From the NCBI GenBank assembly GCA_030390025.1, contig CM059438.1, forward strand, positions 58,158,001 to 58,222,000: a stretch of DNA of 64,000 bases. Reading direction: 5' to 3'. Position 1 is the stretch's first letter. The number at the start of each line of letters is the position of its first letter. Made by a program: the position numbers and the translations under genes. Below, in pieces: positions 52,674 to 64,000 of this stretch. The notes beneath the pieces were generated by a model that ran no database searches, had not been told where the DNA came from, and saw nothing but the letters and a program-made list of their open reading frames with translations. Source of the stretch: Squalus acanthias (Eukaryota).

Positions 52674-53607
52674 GAGTGCACAGTGCCGGGGGGCAGGACA
52701 TACACAGAGTGTACAGTGCCGGGGGGCAGGACATATACAGAGTGCACAGTGCCGGGGGGCAGGACATATACAGAGTGCACAGTGCTGGGGGCAGGACATA
52801 TACAGAGTGCACAGTGCCGGGGGCAGGACATATACAGAGTGCCCAGTGTCAGGGGCAGGACATATACAGAGTGCACAGTGCAGGGGGCAGGACATATACA
52901 GAGTGCACAGAGCAGAGGGCAGGACATATACAGAGTGCACAGAACAGAGGGCAGGACATATACAGAGTGCACAGAGCAGAGGGCAGGACATATACAGAGT
53001 GCACAGTGCAGGGGGCAGGACATATACAGAGTGCACAGAGCAGGGGGCAGGACATATACAGAGTGCACAGAGCAGAGGGCAGGACATATACAGAGTGCAC
53101 AGAGCAGGGGGCAGGACATATACAGAGTGCACAGAGCAGAGGGCAGGACATATACAGAGTGCACAATGCCAGGGGGCAGGACATATACAGAGTGCACAGT
53201 GCCAGGGGGCAGGTCATATACAGAGTGCACAGTGCAGGGGGCAGGACATATACAGAGTGCACAGAGCAGGGGGCAGGACATATACAGAGTGCACAGTGCA
53301 GGGGGCAGGACATATACAGAGTGCACAGTGCCCGGGGCAGGACATATATAGAGTGCACAGAGCAGGGGGCAGGACATATACAGAGTGCACAGAGCAGGGG
53401 GCAGGTCATATACAGAGTGCACAGAGCAGGGGGCAGGACATATACAGAGTGCACAGTGCAGGGGGCAGGTCATATACAGAGTGCACAGTGCAGGGGGCAG
53501 GACATATACAGAGTGCACAGAGCAGGGGGCAGGACATATACAGAGTGCACAGAGCAGGGGGCAGGGCATATACAGAGTGCACAGTGCAGGGGGCAGGACA
53601 TATACAA
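52674..53607. repeat. 32-bp minisatellite, right block
   Basis: Same unit as 36541-38568. Confidence 0.97.
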
Positions 53608-54030
53608 AATGACCTTCTCCTGCCAATTTGTAAAATTAATAAAAATATTTAGAAATCTATGGGCGAGGGCACCATCCTACTGAAGGAGTGTAACTTGTTT
53701 AAACAGTCACATAAATTACTTCAAAGTACATTATTGTGGTATTGTTTTATATGATATTGTAAATAAAATGACGTGTGAATTTTCCAACTCTTCCTCCTCC
53801 ACAAACTAATGTGTCTTCATTGTGACAATGCCCCTTTAATGAAGTTCTGTAGTCACTGCTCCTACCCCAGGACAAACTATACTGTCGCTGTTGGGGCGAT
53901 TACAGCATTCAACACACTTTGATCTTTTTCCTGCAATTTTGCTGAGGCAATTTTTAAACAGGACTTTATCCCAGTAGTAGCACCTCACTGATGTGATCTA
54001 GAAGATTCTGGGACCGTATCCTAAAGCATA

Positions 54031-59013
<4,983 letters not shown>

Positions 59014-59959
59014 TCAGTGACAGGTGGAAGCACTGATTCTCCACAATGAAACTCGATTTTAATTCAGGGACCAAACTGCAACTTCCAGCAAATCCCATTT
59101 CTTTTCCCGATCTGTGCGTGACCCATTCCTGGCCAAATCAGCAGTACCTGATCTGCTCATTGCCTTCTGCTAGTACAGTTCGCTAACACACTACAGAGGT
59201 ATATGGGAGCAGTCATTCAGCTGTCTACCAATCTCACAGACTAATAACCAGGGCTGGCAATATTGGACAAATCCTTGGTGTGTGGTTTTCAATCATGAAT
59301 TACCTGCATACTTGAGGCACCATCTCACTAAAAACGTAAATGTGGTTAGAGGTGGCAACCTGCACTCATCATTGCTGCATATAGCCTTAATCTACATTTG
59401 CTGTCCTGTTGCCATGGATATAGCCCCAATCTGAACTCACTCTTGTCACCCTGGATACAGCCCTTCCAGTCACCGATTTCCCTCCATTCTCATTTTTACT
59501 TTCACCAATTACCTGGAAGACTTGGTCAACACATTGGAAAGATGGATATTGGCTGTTGTATAACAGCAACTTGTTGCAAAGAACCCGCTCACGAAAGGCA
59601 AGCTTTTAAAGTTAAAGCAAATTCTGCTAGCTGCTGTCCCCTCACTCCCCTATTAATGAATGAAAGCAGCTGGCTGTCCTGCCTGCAATTTTTGATCATT
59701 GAGAATCACACTGGCAGCGGGAGGCTGGTGTGCAACGCTCTGTGCACCTATTCTCCACCTTCCTGGGTTTTGCTTGCTGTGCTGGCAGTCTAAACGGGCG
59801 GCATATAATTGAGTGTTGTGCTGGCAGTATGATTAAGGGGGCTCCACTAATACAGTGGAATGTCAGGGACTGAAAACTGATTTGCAATGGTGTTGGATCC
59901 TTGAGGGTTTCTACTCCTAAGCGCTATTGCAAAGCAGTAAAATGTGGAGTTCTCCATCA

Positions 59960-60124
<165 letters not shown>

Positions 60125-60389
60125 TCACTGACCATTCTGAGAGGAACTGAACACTCCGTTATAGGTCTTTCAGGGAACCAGACCCCAAGTGTGTCGTGGA
60201 TTTTCCTGGGTCTGTGCCTGGGTACGTTGGATCACCTGAGCAAGCGAATATTGGAAAACCACAGGGGTCGGAGCAGACGCCTGTCAAGGAACCCACCAAG
60301 TTTCCCTCCATTAATTTAAATGGAGGAAACATGGGTGGATTCTTTTATAAGCATGCCCCCAATCCAGCCGATTTTCTGATTCACTGCAT

Positions 60390-60670
60390 CATCAATATAA
60401 GATAGTCACTAATAAATCCAATAGGGAATTCAGGAGAAACTTCTTTACCCAGAGAGTGGTTTGAATGTGGAACTTGTTACCACAGGGAGTGGTTGAGGCG
60501 AATAGCAGAGAGGCATTTAAAGGGAGGCTAGATAAACACATGAGGGAGAAAAGAATAGAAGGATATGCTGATATGATGAGATGAAGTAGGTGGCAGGAGG
60601 TTTGTGTGGAGCATAAACACTGGCACAGACCTGTTGTGCTGAATGGCCGGTTTCTGTGCTGTACATTCTA
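60390..60670 (+). mobile_element. CR1-related 3'-tail fragment
   Basis: Same family as 36023-36320. Confidence 0.8.
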
Positions 60671-60671
60671 T

Positions 60672-61862
60672 GGGGAACCGGTGGATGTACTGTACTTAGA
60701 TTTCCAGAAGGCATTTAATAAGGTGCCACATCAAAGGTTATTGCGGAAAATAAAAGCTCATGGTGTAGGGGGTAACATATTGGCATGGATAGAAGAAACA
60801 GAGAGTAGGCATAAATGGGTCATTTTCTGATTGGCAAGATGTAACGAATGGTGTGCCACAGGGATCAGTACTGGGGCCTCAACTTTTTACAATTTATATA
60901 AATGACTTGGATGAAGGGACCGAAGGTATGGTTGCTAAATTTGCTGATGACACAAAGATAGGAAGGAAAGTAAATTGTGAAGAGGACATAAGGAGCCTAC
61001 AAAGGGATATAGATACGTTAAGTGAGTGGGCAAAGATCTGGCAAATGGAGTATAATGTGGGAAAATGTGAAGTTGTCCATTTTGGCAGGAAGAATAAAAA
61101 AGAAGCATATTATCTAAATGGTGAGAGATTGCAGAGCTCTGAAATGCAGAGGGATCTGGGTGTCCTAGTGCATGAATCGCAAAAGGTTACTATGCAGGTA
61201 CAGCAAGTAATTAGAAAAGCTAATAGAATGTTATCGTTTATTGCGAGGGGAATTGAATACAAAAGTAGGGAGGTTATGCTTCAGTTATACAGGGCATTGG
61301 TGAGACCACATCTAGAGTACTGTGTACAGTATTGGTCTCCTTATTTAAGGAAGGATGTAAATGCGTTGGAAGCAGTTCAGAGAAGGTTTACTAGACTAAT
61401 ACCTGGAATGGGCGGGTTGTCTTATGAGGAAAGGTTGGACAGGCTAGGCTTGTAACCGCTGGAGTTTAGAAGAGTAAGAGGTGACTTGATTGAAACATAT
61501 AAGATCCTGAGGGGTCTGGACAGGGTGGATGTGGAGAGGATGTTTCCTCTTGTGGGAGAATCTAGAACTAGGGGTCACTGTTTAAAAATAAGGGGTCGCC
61601 TATTTAAGACAGAGATGAGGAGAATTTTTTTCTCACAGAAGGTCGTGAGTCTTTGGAACTCTCTTCCTCAGAGGGCGGTGGAAGCAGAGTCTTTGAATAT
61701 TTTTAAGGCAGAGGTAGATAGATTCTTGGTAAGCAAGGGGGTGAAAAGTTATCGGGGGTAGGCGGGAATGTGGAGTAATCGGATCAGCCATGATCTTATT
61801 GAATGGCGGAGCAGGCTCGAAGGGCTGAGTGGCCTACTCCTGCTCCTAATTCGTATGCATGT
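60672..61862 (+). mobile_element. 5'-truncated CR1 LINE (RT 3' half)
   Basis: YLDFQKAFNKVPH, PQGSVLGP, FADDTKIG, LYRALVRPHLEYC. Confidence 0.95.
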
Positions 61863-61925
61863 AATTCCATGCATTCAGTCGACCCGGTGTATCCAGGCAC
61901 AGTTAACTTCTGATTATAATGTAAT

Positions 61926-62669
61926 GGCCCAAAAATTAGTGTCTCTACGCGAGAGTACGCACTGTGTACTCTCGCGTATTCTGTCTCCAATTGCCGGTTT
62001 TCTGCATGCACTGCGCATGCGCTGAAAACCGGCACTTGGTGATTTCAAAAGGGGGCGGTTCCTAGGTGAACCGCGTGCGCGCTACAGGCTGCGCGCACGC
62101 AGTGCACTTAGTGCTTTGAACGCGCAGGTAAGCATGGAAGATTTTGCACATAAAGAAAGGAGGCGTAAGACCCTCTTTTAACAAGGTAAGTAGTTAATTA
62201 AGTATTATTTTGAATTTTTTTCAACAGGTATATCTTTTTTAGAGACTTTAAAGAAAGGTAAGTTTATTTTTATAACTTTTTAAAAGATTTTAAATTTTTT
62301 CAAAAATTTAATATTTTGTTTAAAGTGGTTAATTTATTTAACTATACTTATTTTATTAATGTGATGTTTTTAAAAAAAAATTTAATTGAGGTTTAGCTGT
62401 TCTTTTGAAGGGGTATAGATTCATAGCTTTCACAGCACTTGCTGTGAAAACTATGAATGAAAGATGGTGTGCTGCCATTGGCTCTAACTGAATCACGTGA
62501 TCCCACAGCTCGCACGAATTAACTGCGCCTGTGGGATACGGAAGCACTGCACAGCTGCTGTCTAGAAAATCAAGTTCGTGCGAGCTCGGAATGAAAAGGC
62601 AGGCGTGCAGTGAGATATCGCGGGGAAGCCTTACCCCCGCACGAAGGCTCCGTCATTAATTTCTGGGCC
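61926..62669. mobile_element. Harbinger-type MITE related to 37035-37799
   Basis: TIRs ggcccaaaaatta / taatttctgggcc; shared internal blocks. Confidence 0.85.
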
Positions 62670-63619
62670 ATTATCATTTTGCTTTCAGCATGCAGTGCAC
62701 TCCTTTTATAACATGTGTCGTGGGTAATTTGCAATTCCACATTAGCCATAAGTTTGGGTTGGAACCATCGTATTGAGAAATCGGAAAATAAAAACAAATT
62801 AAGCAGATTCCCGATTGAAGCTCCCTTAAACTACGTACAATCTAAGCTTTTCATACATGTTCAAACAGCTTGATGGCAATTTCCATAGGTGGACCATGAA
62901 CCTCATGATCTAAAACTTGCTTTTTTTGATTTGGCCTTGCTTCAATAACATTGAACAATTAGTTGAAAATTATACAGGATTTCCACTGTCCCATTAGTCG
63001 TTCAAGAGACTGAAAATATCACACATTAAACCGAGTCTGTACAGGCTGAAACAATTAACTAACTTGCAGTAGGATATATACTATTGGGCAAATATTATGC
63101 GGCACAATAAAGATGCAGAAAAGATCCAGCTACGATGCACAGGGGAACAATTTATCTTTCAGGTCTTCCTTCATGGTGCTGTATCCTTCATAAATGGGAA
63201 TTCACAGAAAATACATAAGCCAATCACTCACACAGCTCTGACCAAACACCAGAAATCCAAGGAGAACTGCAGAATACCGAACAATCCTCTGGTTTTAGCC
63301 CATTGGTTTCTTTGAAAATCAGGCTGTTAAATACCATGATCATAAAGATCACAAAAATAAGCACATATGAGGGAAGCCATTCAGCTCAATGAGCTTACCC
63401 TTCTGCAGAAACTGATAGTTCCTCCCCATCACTCCATGGAACTGCTTCTTGCCTCCATTGCCGTACCCAGAGACCATTCCACCTAGAGCATTCTTCACTC
63501 CTTGTGTAAAGAAGTGTTTCTGACATGAGTCCTGAACTTGCCTTTTATCACTTTGTAGCTATGTCCCCCTGTCACGCTACTTGAAATAGCGCTCTGGGTT
63601 AGCCTGTACCATTCACTTA

Positions 63620-64000
63620 GTAGGGTAGTGTCCTTAGTCCAGTCGTCTTCAGCTGCTTCACCAACGATTTTCACTTCATTTGTAAGTTTGGAAGTGGGAC
63701 CTCAGAAGGAGGCTCAGTATAATTGTCTACTTGGCACTTTTGTCTGAAGACACTTGTCTCTTGCCCTCATGTGCTGGGGTCCACCATGATTGAGTTTGAG
63801 GATGCTCATGAAGCCTCCTCCTCCAATTAGTTGCCTGGTTTTCCACCAACATTCTTGACGAGATGTGGTAAGGATAGAAAGCTTTGCCCTAATCAACAGG
63901 TTGTGGGTTCACTTAGTTCTGTGTACAGCTTTCTGCTTTTGGTGCTTAGTATGCAGGCACCCTGTGTAGTAGCTTAACTACATTGGTGCCTCATTCTAAA
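63620..64000 (-). mobile_element. Decayed fragments of the 41947-44397 LINE family
   Basis: IRAKLSILTTSRQECWWKTRQLIGGGG resembles ORF 43631-43933. Confidence 0.7.

Noticed and set aside
36541..53607. CRISPR-like array
   Set aside because: Head-to-tail units with no unique spacers, no cas genes, eukaryotic context
62670..64000. Next upstream grin1 exon (KLHAFIWDSAVLEF...)
   Set aside because: Not found; it presumably lies beyond the window end

Overview
Eukaryotic, repeat-rich DNA; the repeat families look chondrichthyan (shark-like), but the species cannot be fixed from sequence. The window holds the 3' end of the NMDA receptor GluN1 gene (grin1) on the minus strand, missed by the ORF track. 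Four spliced exons are present: S2/pre-M4 (59989-60098), M4+C0 (58840-58985), the C1 cassette (17291-17401) and terminal C2' (10331-10399, ending ...STVV*). No mammalian-type C2 cassette was found. The 41.4-kb C0-C1 intron is filled with PIF/Harbinger transposons, CR1, CR1/L2-group and RTE LINEs, a Penelope-like element with minimal hammerhead ribozymes, SINEs, MITEs and minisatellites, including a 14-kb nested stack. Main highlights: a full-length CR1 inserted inside the 5' splice site of the M4/C0 exon; a candidate recursive-splicing or alternative terminal-exon site; a dense YCAY (Nova-type) cluster behind C1; a 31-bp hairpin with a splice donor in its loop; and a hammerhead motif in the sense of the grin1 pre-mRNA. 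Most long ORFs in the track are TE remnants or minisatellite artefacts. Repeat boundaries were read by eye and are approximate unless TIRs or TSDs are quoted.
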